Shown here: piece after piece, positions 1 to 8,894 of the stretch
How positions within the stretch are numbered: the stretch's first letter is position 1
Layout of the letters: each line of letters starts with the position of its first letter
NCBI GenBank assembly: GCA_963708025.1
Contig: CAVPSB010000019.1
Coordinates: forward strand, 64,001-128,000
Direction of reading: 5' to 3'
Length of the DNA: 64,000 nucleotides
Origin: an uncultured Candidatus Rokubacteria bacterium
GTDB taxonomy: Bacteria > Methylomirabilota > Methylomirabilia > Rokubacteriales > DASRDR01
Position numbers and translations under genes: made by a program
Notes under the pieces: model-generated
What the model was told of the DNA's origin: nothing
The model's input: only the letters and a program-made list of their open reading frames with translations
The model's database searches: none

Positions 1-492
1 CGCGTGGGGCACCGTGACCAGGACCAGGCCGGGCATCGAGAAGACGTTGAAGGTGAGCGCCGGCCAGCCCAGCACGTCGCGGACGAAGCGGTTGACCAGG
101 CCGGCGTTCGGGCTGAACAGGTAGACGAAGGCGATGGCGGTGAGGAACGGGGGCGTGATGTAGGCCACGGTGGCGGTCAGATGGATGAACCGCTTGCCGG
201 GGACGTCGGTGCGGCTCGCGGCCCACGCCAGCGGCAGGCCGATGGCGACGCTCAGCACGGCCGTCCAGGTGCCGAGGACGAGCGAGTTCCAGAGGGCCTG
301 GACGTAGAGGCGGCTTCCGAGGGCCTGCCGGAAGTGCTCGAGGGTGAGCCGGCCGCCGGCGGTCACGCTCCCCCAGGCGAGCGAGGCCAGGGGGAGGACG
401 ACCAGCACGAGCAGGGCGAGCGCGGCGACGCCGAGCGCGACGTGCTCGGGGGTGAGTCTCCGCGGTGTCCGGACCATGAGACGCACCGTCAT
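1..492 (-). CDS. Fe3+/thiamine-type ABC transporter permease (FbpB-like), N-terminal part; runs off the window edge
   Basis: Manual translation of the minus strand: MTVRLMVRTPRRLTPEHVALGVAALALLVLVVLPLASLAWGS...LYVQALWNSLVLG...YITPPFLTAIAFVYLFSPNAGLVN; hydrophobic helices typical of this permease family. Confidence 0.8.
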   Translation of the reverse strand, partial: MTVRLMVRTPRRLTPEHVALGVAALALLVLVVLPLASLAWGSVTAGGRLTLEHFRQALGSRLYVQALWNSLVLGTWTAVLSVAIGLPLAWAASRTDVPGKRFIHLTATVAYITPPFLTAIAFVYLFSPNAGLVNRFVRDVLGWPALTFNVFSMPGLVLVTVPHA

Positions 493-506
493 TCCAACGC
501 TCTGTT

Positions 507-598
507 CCCTCTCCCCTCTGGGGAGAGGGTTAGGGTGAGGGGGAAGCCATGCCCCCCTATCGACCCTCACCCCTTCCTCTCCCTGGAAGGGAGAGGAG
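507..598. repeat. Family A palindromic repeat (CCCTCTCCC-N-GGGAGAGGG-N-GGGTGAGGG), inverted doublet
   Basis: ccctctcccc-tct-ggggagaggg-ttagggtgagggg at 507-543 and an inverted copy accctcacccc-ttcctctccc-tggaa-gggagagga at 563-598; further copies at 28971 and 61681. Confidence 0.85.
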
Positions 599-651
599 CG
601 GAGGACTCCAGGCACGGGGAGCGATGGGCCTGGTGGGGGGTCAGTGCGGCG

Positions 652-804
652 CTAGCTCGCCCGCTTCATGATCTCGTGCCCGCACGTCGGGCACTTGTAC
701 CGCGTGATGCGCCGGTCCAGGTCGTGCTTCCGGGCGGGGCCGGGCGGCATCGGTTCCCCCCGGCCGGTGCATTTCGGGGTCGGACACTTCGGCGGCTCCG
801 CCAT
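652..804 (-). CDS. 50-aa zinc-ribbon microprotein (CPxxxC...CPxCG)
   Basis: Not in ORF track. MAEPPKCPTPKCTGRGEPMPPGPARKHDLDRRITRYKCPTCGHEIMKRAS*, with AGGAGG RBS just upstream and an extended -10-like TGGTAAGGT (856-848). Confidence 0.7.
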   Translation of the reverse strand: MAEPPKCPTPKCTGRGEPMPPGPARKHDLDRRITRYKCPTCGHEIMKRAS

Positions 805-869
805 GACGGCCTCCTGCTAGGTTGGGTTCACACCAGACCGGTTGCCTACCTTACCACGACCCCCCTGGC

Positions 870-899
870 TTGACGCGACTGGCCGCGCCCGCGTAGAGT
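870..899 (+). promoter_or_regulatory. Candidate sigma70 promoter of the dpp operon
   Basis: TTGACG-N18-TAGAGT about 70 nt upstream of ATG 971. Confidence 0.4.
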
Positions 900-970
900 C
901 CGGCCAGTCAGCTTGCCAGCTCGCGTCCCGGGGGGAGGCCGCCCGGGCGCTCACCAGAAAGGAGTCGGGC

Positions 971-2566
971 ATGACCAAGCGGTTTCTGATTCTCGTCGCG
1001 GCGCTGGTCGTGACGGCCTGGCCCGGAGGGCCGGCCGGAGCGGCCACGCCGAAAGACACCGTCGTGATGGCCAAGCAGATCGACGACATCATCTCGTTCG
1101 ACCCGGCCGAGTCGTTCGAGTTCTCGGGGAGCGAGGCCATCGGCAACATCTACGAGCGGCTGATCGCCTACGACCTCAAGAACGTGAGCCAGCTCAAGGG
1201 CGAGCTGGCCGAGTCGTGGGGCGTCGCCGAGGACGGGAAGACCTACACCTTCAAGATGCGCAAGGGCCCCAAGTTCCACTCGGGCAACCCGGTCACGGCG
1301 AAGGACGCCGCCTGGTCGCTCCAGCGGGCGGTCGCCCTGAACAAGTCGCCCGGCTTCATCCTGACCCAGTTCGGCTTCAGCAAGGACAACATGGCGGCGC
1401 GCATCCGGGCGGTCGACGACCAGACCCTCGTGATCGAGACGGCCGACGCGGTGGCGCCGACCTTCTTCTACTACTGCCTGACCGCCGTCGTCGGCGGCAT
1501 CGTGGACAGCAAGGTGGTCCAGGGCCACGACAAGGGCGGCGACTTCGGCAACGAGTGGCTGAAGACCAACTCGGCCGGGTCCGGGCCGTTCAAGCTCGTG
1601 ACCTGGAAGCCGAACGAGTCCTACACGCTGGCCCGCCACGACGACTACTGGGGCCCGACCAAGGCCGTGGCCCGCCGGGTGGTCGTCCGGCACATCCCGG
1701 AGCCCGCCACTCAGCGGCTGCTGCTCGAGAAGGGCGACGTCGACTACGCCCGGAACCTGACCAAGGACCAGCTCGACGCGATCAAGGGGAACGCCAACGT
1801 CGTGGTCCAGCAGGCGCCGAAGGGGGCGATCCTCTATCTCGGGCTCAACCAGAAGAACCCGAACCTGGCCAAGCCCGAGGTGCGGGAGGCGCTCAAGTAC
1901 CTGGTCGACTACGACAGCATGGAGCAGAACATCCTGCGGGGCCAGTTCATCACCCACCAGGCGTTCCTGCCCCGTGGCTTCCTGGGCGCGATCGACGACC
2001 GGCCCTACAAGTTCGATCTGGAGCGGGCCAAGGGGCTCCTGGCCAAGGCCGGGCTCCCGAACGGCTTCAGCGTGACGATGGACACCCGCAACAACTCGCC
2101 GATCATCGACATCGCCCAGGCGATCCAGGCGAGCTGGGCCAAGGCGGGCGTCAAGCTCGAGATCATCCCGGGTGACGGCAAGCAGACGCTGACCAAGTAC
2201 CGGGCCCGCAACCACGACATCTACATCGGCCAGTGGGGACCGGACTACCAGGACCCCCACACCAACGCCGAGACCTTCGCCATGAACGTGGACAACTCCG
2301 ACACCGCCAAGTCGAAGACGCTGGCCTGGCGTAACTCGTGGGACATCCCGGACATGTCGAAGGTGACCCAGGCCGCGGTGCGCGAGCGTGACGCCAAGAA
2401 GCGTGAGGCCACGTACCGGGAGCTCCAGCGGGAGCACCAGAAGGTCTCGCCGTTCGTGATCATGTTCCAGCAGAGCGATGTCGCCGCCCACGCGAAGGGC
2501 GTGGACGGCTTCGTCATGGGTCCGAGCTTCGAAAACAACCTCTACTACGCCATCAAGAAAAACTAG
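971..2566 (+). CDS. dppA: Dipeptide/oligopeptide ABC substrate-binding protein (SBP family 5, DppA/DdpA-like)
   Basis: Signal peptide; SFDPAE, LAESW..EDGKTYTF.MR.G.KFHSGNPVTAKD, GSGPFKL motifs; AAGGAG RBS. Confidence 0.9.
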   Translation: MTKRFLILVAALVVTAWPGGPAGAATPKDTVVMAKQIDDIISFDPAESFEFSGSEAIGNIYERLIAYDLKNVSQLKGELAESWGVAEDGKTYTFKMRKGPKFHSGNPVTAKDAAWSLQRAVALNKSPGFILTQFGFSKDNMAARIRAVDDQTLVIETADAVAPTFFYYCLTAVVGGIVDSKVVQGHDKGGDFGNEWLKTNSAGSGPFKLVTWKPNESYTLARHDDYWGPTKAVARRVVVRHIPEPATQRLLLEKGDVDYARNLTKDQLDAIKGNANVVVQQAPKGAILYLGLNQKNPNLAKPEVREALKYLVDYDSMEQNILRGQFITHQAFLPRGFLGAIDDRPYKFDLERAKGLLAKAGLPNGFSVTMDTRNNSPIIDIAQAIQASWAKAGVKLEIIPGDGKQTLTKYRARNHDIYIGQWGPDYQDPHTNAETFAMNVDNSDTAKSKTLAWRNSWDIPDMSKVTQAAVRERDAKKREATYRELQREHQKVSPFVIMFQQSDVAAHAKGVDGFVMGPSFENNLYYAIKKN

Positions 2567-2598
2567 CCGGGTGGCGAAGTAACCGGCACAGTGCTCTG

Positions 2599-2671
2599 GG
2601 TGGCCGGCCACCGCAACCCATCCTGGGCGAGGTTTCGGAGGGGGCCGTTGAGGCCCCCTCCGATCGTCTAG
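2599..2671 (-). repeat. Family D intergenic hairpin repeat (divergent copy)
   Basis: tcggagggggcc-gttga-ggccccctccga hairpin plus second hairpin ggtggccggccacc; same layout as the copies at 34476 and 52962. Confidence 0.55.
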
Positions 2672-2675
2672 CCAC

Positions 2676-3734
2676 GTGGCGGGAGAGACCGGTCGCGCCG
2701 GGGTGCCGGCGGCGGGCGGCCGCGCGCGGCTCGTCCGCCGGGTGGCGGCGCTCGCCGGGTCCGTCGCCCTCACCTTCCTCGGGCTCCTGCTCGTCACCTT
2801 CCTGATCGGCCGCGTGGTCCCGATCGACCCCGTGCTGGCCGCGGTCGGCGACCGGGCCCCGGCCGAGGTCTACGAGCGGGTGCGGCGGGAGCTGGGGCTC
2901 GACCGGCCGCTGCCCGAGCAGTTCTGGCGCTACGTCACGCAGGTCGGGCGCGGCGACTTCGGGCGGTCGGTCCTCACCTCCCACCTGGTCCTCGACGACA
3001 TCAGGCGGGTCTTCCCGGCGACCCTCGAGCTGGCCACGGTGGCGACGCTGATCGGCGTCGTGCTCGGCGTGCCGATGGGCGTGCTGGCGGCGGTCAACCG
3101 GGCCCGCTGGCCGGATCAGGTGATCCGCGTGGTCGGGCTGGTCGGGTATTCGGTTCCGGTGTTCTGGCTCGGGCTGGTCGGGCTGCTGCTCTTCTACGCG
3201 CGGCTCGGGTGGGTGGCCGGCCCCGGCCGGCTGGACGTCGTGTTCGACGACGTCGTGCCACCGATGACCGGGGTCATCCTGCTCGACTCCGCGCTGGCCG
3301 GGGAGTGGGACGTCTTCGCCTCCGCGCTGCGCCACGTGATCCTGCCCGCGTCGATCCTCGGCTACTTCTCGCTGGCGTACATCAGCCGCATGACGCGGAG
3401 CTTCATGCTGGCCGAGCTGGGGAAGGAGTACGTCACGACGGCGCGGGTCAAGGGCCTGTCGGAGCGCCGCGTGGTCTGGCGTCACGCGCTCGGCAACGTG
3501 CTGGTGCCCCTCATCACGGTGATCGCGCTCGCCTACGCCAACCTGCTCGAGGGCTCGGTGCTGACCGAGACCGTCTTCGCCTGGCCCGGCCTCGGCCAGT
3601 ACATCACCAGCTCGCTCCTCAGCGCGGACATGAACGCCGTGCTCGGCGGCACGATCGTGGTGGGCGGCGTGTTCATCGGGCTGAACCTGCTCTCGGACCT
3701 GCTGTACCGGGTCGTCGACCCGAGGGCGCGATGA
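2676..3734 (+). CDS. dppB: Peptide ABC transporter permease
   Basis: GLDRPLPEQF, GDFGRS, FPATLEL, YVTTARVKGL EAA loop, ETVFAWPGLG. Confidence 0.92.
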   Translation: MAGETGRAGVPAAGGRARLVRRVAALAGSVALTFLGLLLVTFLIGRVVPIDPVLAAVGDRAPAEVYERVRRELGLDRPLPEQFWRYVTQVGRGDFGRSVLTSHLVLDDIRRVFPATLELATVATLIGVVLGVPMGVLAAVNRARWPDQVIRVVGLVGYSVPVFWLGLVGLLLFYARLGWVAGPGRLDVVFDDVVPPMTGVILLDSALAGEWDVFASALRHVILPASILGYFSLAYISRMTRSFMLAELGKEYVTTARVKGLSERRVVWRHALGNVLVPLITVIALAYANLLEGSVLTETVFAWPGLGQYITSSLLSADMNAVLGGTIVVGGVFIGLNLLSDLLYRVVDPRAR

Positions 3735-4639
3735 GCGTGTATCTGGAGAACAGAGTGCGCGCCTGGCTGGTCACCGAGACCCCGCGCTCGCGGTGGCAGG
3801 CCCGGCTCGGCCAGGCCTTCGTGGCCTGGCGGGTCCTGCTCCGGAACTCGCTGGCGCTGGTGGGGCTGGCCATCGTCACCACACTGCTGATGGTCGCCGC
3901 CCTGGCGCCGGCGCTGACGACCCACTCCCCGATCGCCCAGGACCTGGGGAAGCGCCTGCAGCCGCCCGGCCCCACCCACTGGCTCGGGACGGACGAGCTG
4001 GGTCGCGACATCTGCGCCCGCGTGCTCTACGGCGCCCGCATCACGCTCGTCATCGTCGGGCTGGTGGTGGTGATGGTGGCCCCGGTCGGGCTCCTGGTCG
4101 GCACCGCCGCCGGCTACGTCGGAGGCTGGCTCGACGCCGTCCTCATGCGCGTCACCGACGTCTTCCTGGCCTTCCCGCGGCTGATCCTGGCGCTGGCCTT
4201 CGTCTCCGCGCTGGGCCCGGGCATCGAGAACGCGGTCATCGCCATCGCCTTCACCGCGTGGCCGCCGTACGCGCGCATCGCGCGGGCCGAGACGCTGACC
4301 ATCCGCAACAGCGACTTCATCAGCGCGATCCGCATCCAGGGAGCCGGACCGGTCCGCGTCGTGCTCCGCCACGTCGTGCCCCTCTGCACGTCGTCGGTGA
4401 TCGTCCGCCTCACGCTGGACATGGCCGGGATCATCCTGACCGCCGCCGGCCTCGGCTTCCTGGGCCTCGGGGCCCAGCCGCCGTCGCCGGAGTGGGGGGC
4501 CATGATCGCGTCGGGCCGCAAGTTTCTCCTCGACCAGTGGTGGGTGGCCACCATCCCCGGCATCGCGATCTTCGTCGTCAGCCTCGGCTTCAACCTGCTG
4601 GGGGATGGCCTCCGCGACATCCTCGACCCCAAGGGGTAG
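3731..4639 (+). CDS. dppC: Peptide ABC transporter permease
   Basis: HWLGTDELGRD, LGFLGLGAQPPSPEWGAM, FNLLGDGLRDILDP; ATGA overlap with dppB. Confidence 0.92.
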   Translation: MSVYLENRVRAWLVTETPRSRWQARLGQAFVAWRVLLRNSLALVGLAIVTTLLMVAALAPALTTHSPIAQDLGKRLQPPGPTHWLGTDELGRDICARVLYGARITLVIVGLVVVMVAPVGLLVGTAAGYVGGWLDAVLMRVTDVFLAFPRLILALAFVSALGPGIENAVIAIAFTAWPPYARIARAETLTIRNSDFISAIRIQGAGPVRVVLRHVVPLCTSSVIVRLTLDMAGIILTAAGLGFLGLGAQPPSPEWGAMIASGRKFLLDQWWVATIPGIAIFVVSLGFNLLGDGLRDILDPKG

Positions 4640-4640
4640 A

Positions 4641-4810
4641 GCGGGGCCGATGAGCTTCGCATCGCGTCGTCGTTCGGACGGCCTTCGGCCTTTGGGGTCG
4701 TCGCCGATCCTCGGCGTACAAGGAGTACGCCTGCGGTCGGCGACTCCCTGCGTCCTAGCGCGCTGCTCGCTCCTCGGCCCCGCGCTCGAGGACTTGACTC
4801 ATCTGCCATG
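4641..4810 (+). repeat. Family C long rod-like hairpin repeat, copy 1
   Basis: gcggggccgatgagc...gtcgccgatc-ggcgtac-loop-gtacgcc-ggtcggcgac...gctcctcggccccgc; near-identical copies at 25415 and 46402. Confidence 0.9.
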
Positions 4811-4883
4811 AGTATGGCGCTTCAAGGGACCTAGCCGTGGCCGATCGCCTTCGCATCCCGCCGGCCTCGGCTGGGGAGAGACG

Positions 4884-5741
4884 GTGAGCGCCGAGCGGCC
4901 GCTGCTCGCCGTGGAGGACCTGTGGGTCCGCTTTCCCGGACAGCGGGCGGCGGTGGACGCGGTGCGGGGGATCGGCTTCACGATGGGCCGGGAGAAGCTC
5001 GGCATCGTCGGCGAATCGGGGTCGGGCAAGTCGATGACCGGACGCGCCGTGCTCCGGCTGGTGCCCCGGCCGGGACGCATGAGCGTGTCCCGGCTCGAGT
5101 TCGACGGCGTGAGCCTCGCCGCGATGGACGAGCCGGCGATGCGCCGGATCCGCGGCCGCCGGATCTCGATGGTCATGCAGGACGCGAAGTTCTCGCTCAA
5201 CCCTGTGATGACGGTCGGCCAGCAGATCGACGAGGCCTACCGAGCGCACGCCGACGTCCAGGCCGGCGAGGCCCGGCGGCGGACGCTCGAGATGCTGGCG
5301 GCCGTCCGCATCCGCGATCCCGAGCGGGTGTATCGGGCGTATCCCCACGAGCTGTCGGGCGGGATGGGCCAGCGGGTCATGATCGCGATGATGCTGAGCC
5401 CCGACCCCGACCTGCTGATCGCCGACGAGCCCACGTCCGCCCTCGACGTCACCGTGCAGCTCCAGGTCCTCGCCATCCTCGACGACCTGGTCAGCCGGCG
5501 CGGCATGGGGCTCGTCTTCATCAGCCACGACCTCAACCTGGTCGCCTCCTTCTGCGACCGGGTGCTGATCATGTACGGGGGTCGCATCGTGGAGACCTGC
5601 CCGGCGGCGGCGCTCCACGAGGCACGGCACCCCTACACGCGCGGGCTGCTCGCCTCGCTGCCGCGGGTGGACCGGCCGGTGCCCGAGCTGGCGGTCCTGG
5701 AGCGCGACCCGGCGTGGCTCCACGACGGGGCGGCGCCGTGA
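4884..5741 (+). CDS. dppD: Peptide ABC transporter ATPase
   Basis: GESGSGKS, YPHELSGGMGQR, IADEPT, HPYTRGLL. Confidence 0.92.
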   Translation: MSAERPLLAVEDLWVRFPGQRAAVDAVRGIGFTMGREKLGIVGESGSGKSMTGRAVLRLVPRPGRMSVSRLEFDGVSLAAMDEPAMRRIRGRRISMVMQDAKFSLNPVMTVGQQIDEAYRAHADVQAGEARRRTLEMLAAVRIRDPERVYRAYPHELSGGMGQRVMIAMMLSPDPDLLIADEPTSALDVTVQLQVLAILDDLVSRRGMGLVFISHDLNLVASFCDRVLIMYGGRIVETCPAAALHEARHPYTRGLLASLPRVDRPVPELAVLERDPAWLHDGAAP

Positions 5742-6538
5742 GCGCCGTCCCCGCGATCGAGGTGGAGGAGCTGGCGGTCACGTTCGGGCACGGCGCCTCG
5801 GCGGTGGCGGCCGTGCGGGAGGTCTCGTTCCGCGTGGCCGAAGGCGAGGCGTTCGGGCTGGTGGGCGAGTCGGGGACCGGCAAGTCCACGGTGCTGCGGG
5901 CGCTGGTCGGTCTGGTCGAGCCATCGCAGGGCCGGATGACGGTCGGCGGTACCCCTCTGGGCCGGCGGCGGCCGCGGGCGTTCTACAAGCAGGTCCAGAT
6001 GGTCTTCCAGGACCCGTACGGCTCGCTGCATCCCCGTCACACCGTGGACCGGATCCTGTCGGAGCCGATCGCCATCCATCATCTTGGGCGCCTCGGCGAC
6101 GGCGGACGGCGGATCGAGCAAGCACTGGACGACGTGGGGCTGGGGGCGGCCTTCCGCTTCCGCTACCCCCACCAGCTCTCCGGCGGCCAGCGGCAGCGGG
6201 TGGCGATCGCGCGCGCGTTGATCCTCGAGCCGCGGATCCTCCTGCTCGACGAGCCGACCTCGTCCCTCGACGTGTCGATCCAGGCGGAGATCCTGAACCT
6301 GCTGGCCCGGCTGCGCCGGGAGCGCGCCCTGACGCTCGTGCTGGTCAGCCACAACCTGGCGGTGGTGGCCCACCTGTGCGACCGGCTGGCCGTGATGAAC
6401 GCGGGGCGGGTCGTGGAGGAGCTGACGGTGGAGCGGCTTCGGGCGGGCCAGCCCGAGCAGCCGTATACCCGCCAGCTCCTCCAGGCGAGCCTGGGCTACG
6501 ACCGCCGCACCGCCGAGGCGCTGGTCACGTTCGACTGA
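5738..6538 (+). CDS. dppF: Peptide ABC transporter ATPase
   Basis: GESGTGKS, QMVFQDP, LSGGQRQR, LDEPT; GTGA overlap with dppD. Confidence 0.92.
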   Translation: MSAVPAIEVEELAVTFGHGASAVAAVREVSFRVAEGEAFGLVGESGTGKSTVLRALVGLVEPSQGRMTVGGTPLGRRRPRAFYKQVQMVFQDPYGSLHPRHTVDRILSEPIAIHHLGRLGDGGRRIEQALDDVGLGAAFRFRYPHQLSGGQRQRVAIARALILEPRILLLDEPTSSLDVSIQAEILNLLARLRRERALTLVLVSHNLAVVAHLCDRLAVMNAGRVVEELTVERLRAGQPEQPYTRQLLQASLGYDRRTAEALVTFD

Positions 6539-6624
6539 GAGCGTGGGAAGGAAGGGGTCCTCAGACTCCCCCTCCCCCCAGTGGGTGGGGGAGGGGGGTT
6601 GGGGGGGTGGGCGGGAGGTCCCAA
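6536..6624 (+). repeat. Family B repeat copy 1 (TGAGAGCGTG...C-tract/G-tract hairpin...GGGCGGGAGGTCCC)
   Basis: Begins on the dppF TGA; homologous copies at 24228, 45398, 56014 and 58948. Confidence 0.85.
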
Positions 6625-6628
6625 TCGG

Positions 6629-7336
6629 TCACGTGGCCATGGCCTTCCGCTTCCACAGCTCCCACGCGCGCTCGTAGGAGCCGGTCGTTGCCTCGGCCAG
6701 CCGGGCCTCTTCGGCGGCGAGGTAGGTGACCGGCCCGCCCAGCGCGATGGCCTGGCTCTGCAGCCGCGCGTTCAGCTCCATGTAGATGGAGCGGCCGACG
6801 ACGTGGGGCAGGGCCGGGCCCGCGACGACGGCGCCGTGGCCGCGCATGAGCGCCGCCGGGTGGCGGCCGAGGACCACGGCGAGGGCCCGGCCCAGCTCCG
6901 GCGTGCGCACCAGCATATCCGTCATGCCGCCGGTGTCGCGGATCTCGAAGACCGGCACGCCCTCGCCCAGGAACGCGCTCATGTGGTAAAGGGGCCGCAG
7001 CGGCACCCCGCTGACGCCGAAGGGGATCACCGACGGCGAGTGGTGGTGGACGACCGCCTGGACGTCGGGGCGGGACCGGTAGACCTCGCCGTGGATGAAC
7101 CGCTCCAGGTAGAGCCGCTGGCCCCGGTCGCCGTCGATGGGCTTGCTGTCGAGGTCGAACTCGAGCACGTCCTCGGCCCCGACCAGCTCGGGGGCGCGGG
7201 AGCGGGCGAGGAAGTAGCGCTGGGGGTTGGTCGGGTGCCGGACGCTCACGTGGCCGTAGCCGTCGAGCACGCCCTCGATGGCGAGCACGCGGTTGGCGGC
7301 CACGAGATCCTCGATCAGCCGAAGGTCGGCAGCCAT
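6629..7336 (-). CDS. Class II aldolase/adducin family protein
   Basis: GHVSVR, LERFIHGEVYRSRPDVQAVVHHHS, LMRGHG; AAGGAGG RBS. Confidence 0.9.
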   Translation of the reverse strand: MAADLRLIEDLVAANRVLAIEGVLDGYGHVSVRHPTNPQRYFLARSRAPELVGAEDVLEFDLDSKPIDGDRGQRLYLERFIHGEVYRSRPDVQAVVHHHSPSVIPFGVSGVPLRPLYHMSAFLGEGVPVFEIRDTGGMTDMLVRTPELGRALAVVLGRHPAALMRGHGAVVAGPALPHVVGRSIYMELNARLQSQAIALGGPVTYLAAEEARLAEATTGSYERAWELWKRKAMAT

Positions 7337-7942
7337 GCAGAGCCTCCTTGTCGGGCCGGAGCGGTCGGGTCGGTTCACGATACACCAACGGCGGAGACGC
7401 TGAAAACCCAAGGCCGCCGCCCGGCGTGGATGGGCTGCGAAAGGGCGGCGAAGTGGCCGTCAGCCGCACCGACAGCCATACCTCTCAGCGGGTTCTCACC
7501 GTCTCGGACGCATCGTTAGGCAATGCCTAACGACGCGAACAGGGCCGCGAGAAACGCCGGAGGACACCAGATCACCGTCTCCGAGTTCGACACCTCCATG
7601 ACTGACCGCCTGGATTCGCCCGACCAGGAAGGGGAGGGCCTTCGACGACGTGCCGGCCGTGCGGGTGGTACGGGCGCCGAGCGCGGTCGGGTCGGAGCTC
7701 GGCGGGTGTCACCCATCAATCCCGGAGGCGGACATTTCGCGGACAACGCGGGCCGGAGGCCGCACGGGAGCGGGGTTGCCCCGGCCCACTGGCTCACACG
7801 TCCAGCTGTCTGGAGACGCCAATTCGCGACTTCGGAGGAGTGGCGAGGCGGGCGGGCCCGGGCGACTACAAAACGCGCCGTGGTACAGCGCGCCGTACCG
7901 CCTCCTCACCATGGGCGTAGCCTCGGCGCACCGAGGCCCCGT

Positions 7943-7980
7943 ATGCACTGTCCCCGGTGCCAGGCTCAGAGCGCCGTGGA
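7943..7980 (+). pseudogene. Stub of a double-zinc-ribbon N-terminus (cyclase/ATPase family)
   Basis: MHCPRCQAQS resembles the start of 15718 (MKCARCQAEN); similarity is lost immediately afterwards. Confidence 0.35.
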
Positions 7981-8051
7981 CGTGCCTGAGTCTCGCGTAG
8001 TCGTCAGGTGTTCCGCCTCGGTAGAGCTGTGATATGAAGGAGCAGGTCGTC

Positions 8052-8877
8052 ATGGGACTCACCGGTCGGGTCGCCATCGTCACCGGGGCCGCCAAGCCGG
8101 ACGGCATCGGCCACGCCGTCGCCCTCGGGCTCGCTCGGGAGGGCGCCGACGTGGTCGTCGCCGACCTTTACGAGGCCGGCTTTCCCGAGGTCACGCGGGC
8201 GGTCGAGGCCGCCGGCCGACGGTGCCTCTGCGTCCGCGTCGACGTCGCCGATCCCGGGGCGGTGGAGGCGATGGTGAGGCAGGCCGTCGCCGTCTTCGGC
8301 CGCCTCGACGTGCTCGTCAACGGCGTCGGCGGGAGCTGGGGCATCACGCCCGAGGACCTGACCGCGCCGCCACGCCGGGGGTTCGTCGGGCTGACCAACT
8401 GCAGCCTGGACGACTGGCGGACGATTCTTGGCGTCAACCTGTCGGGCGCCTTCCACTGTGCCCGGGCGGTCGCCCCGCACCTCGTGGAGTCGCGCGGCGG
8501 GGCCATCGTCAACTTCGCCTCGGTGGCGGCCCGGAAGGGCCTCGCGCCGGGGAGCGAGGGGAGCAGCGGGCCGTACGCGGTGGCCAAGGCGGGGATCATG
8601 GCGATGACGCGGCAGCTCGCGCTCGAGCTGGCGCCCTACGGGGTCCGGGTCAACTGCGTGGCGCCCGGGCGTCGTCATGAGCGGGCGGGCGCACCGTCTC
8701 ATGGCGGCGGTGGGGAAGGAGCGCGGACCGGAGGGCGGCGTGTCGGCCGTCCCGCTCGGTCGCTTCGCCACGGTCGGCGAGGTCGCCGAGCTGGTGGTCG
8801 CCCTCTGCAGCGACGAGACGGGCTACATGACCGGGGGTGACGCGTCGAACGTCAACGGCGGCTCTTACATCGCCTGA
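8052..8877 (+). CDS. Short-chain dehydrogenase/reductase, one frameshift near 8670
   Basis: VAIVTGAAKPDGIG, YAVAK, VNCVAPG, then continues in another frame (VPLGRFATVGEVA...NVNGG). Confidence 0.85.
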
Positions 8878-8894
8878 CCTCACGGGGCGAGCGG

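Noticed and set aside
908..6373. Long antisense and alternate-frame ORFs (e.g. 908..2797 -, also 40686..43382 -, 56437..59196 +)
   Set aside because: Shadow ORFs of high-GC coding DNA; Arg/Pro/Gly-rich, with no motifs or RBS
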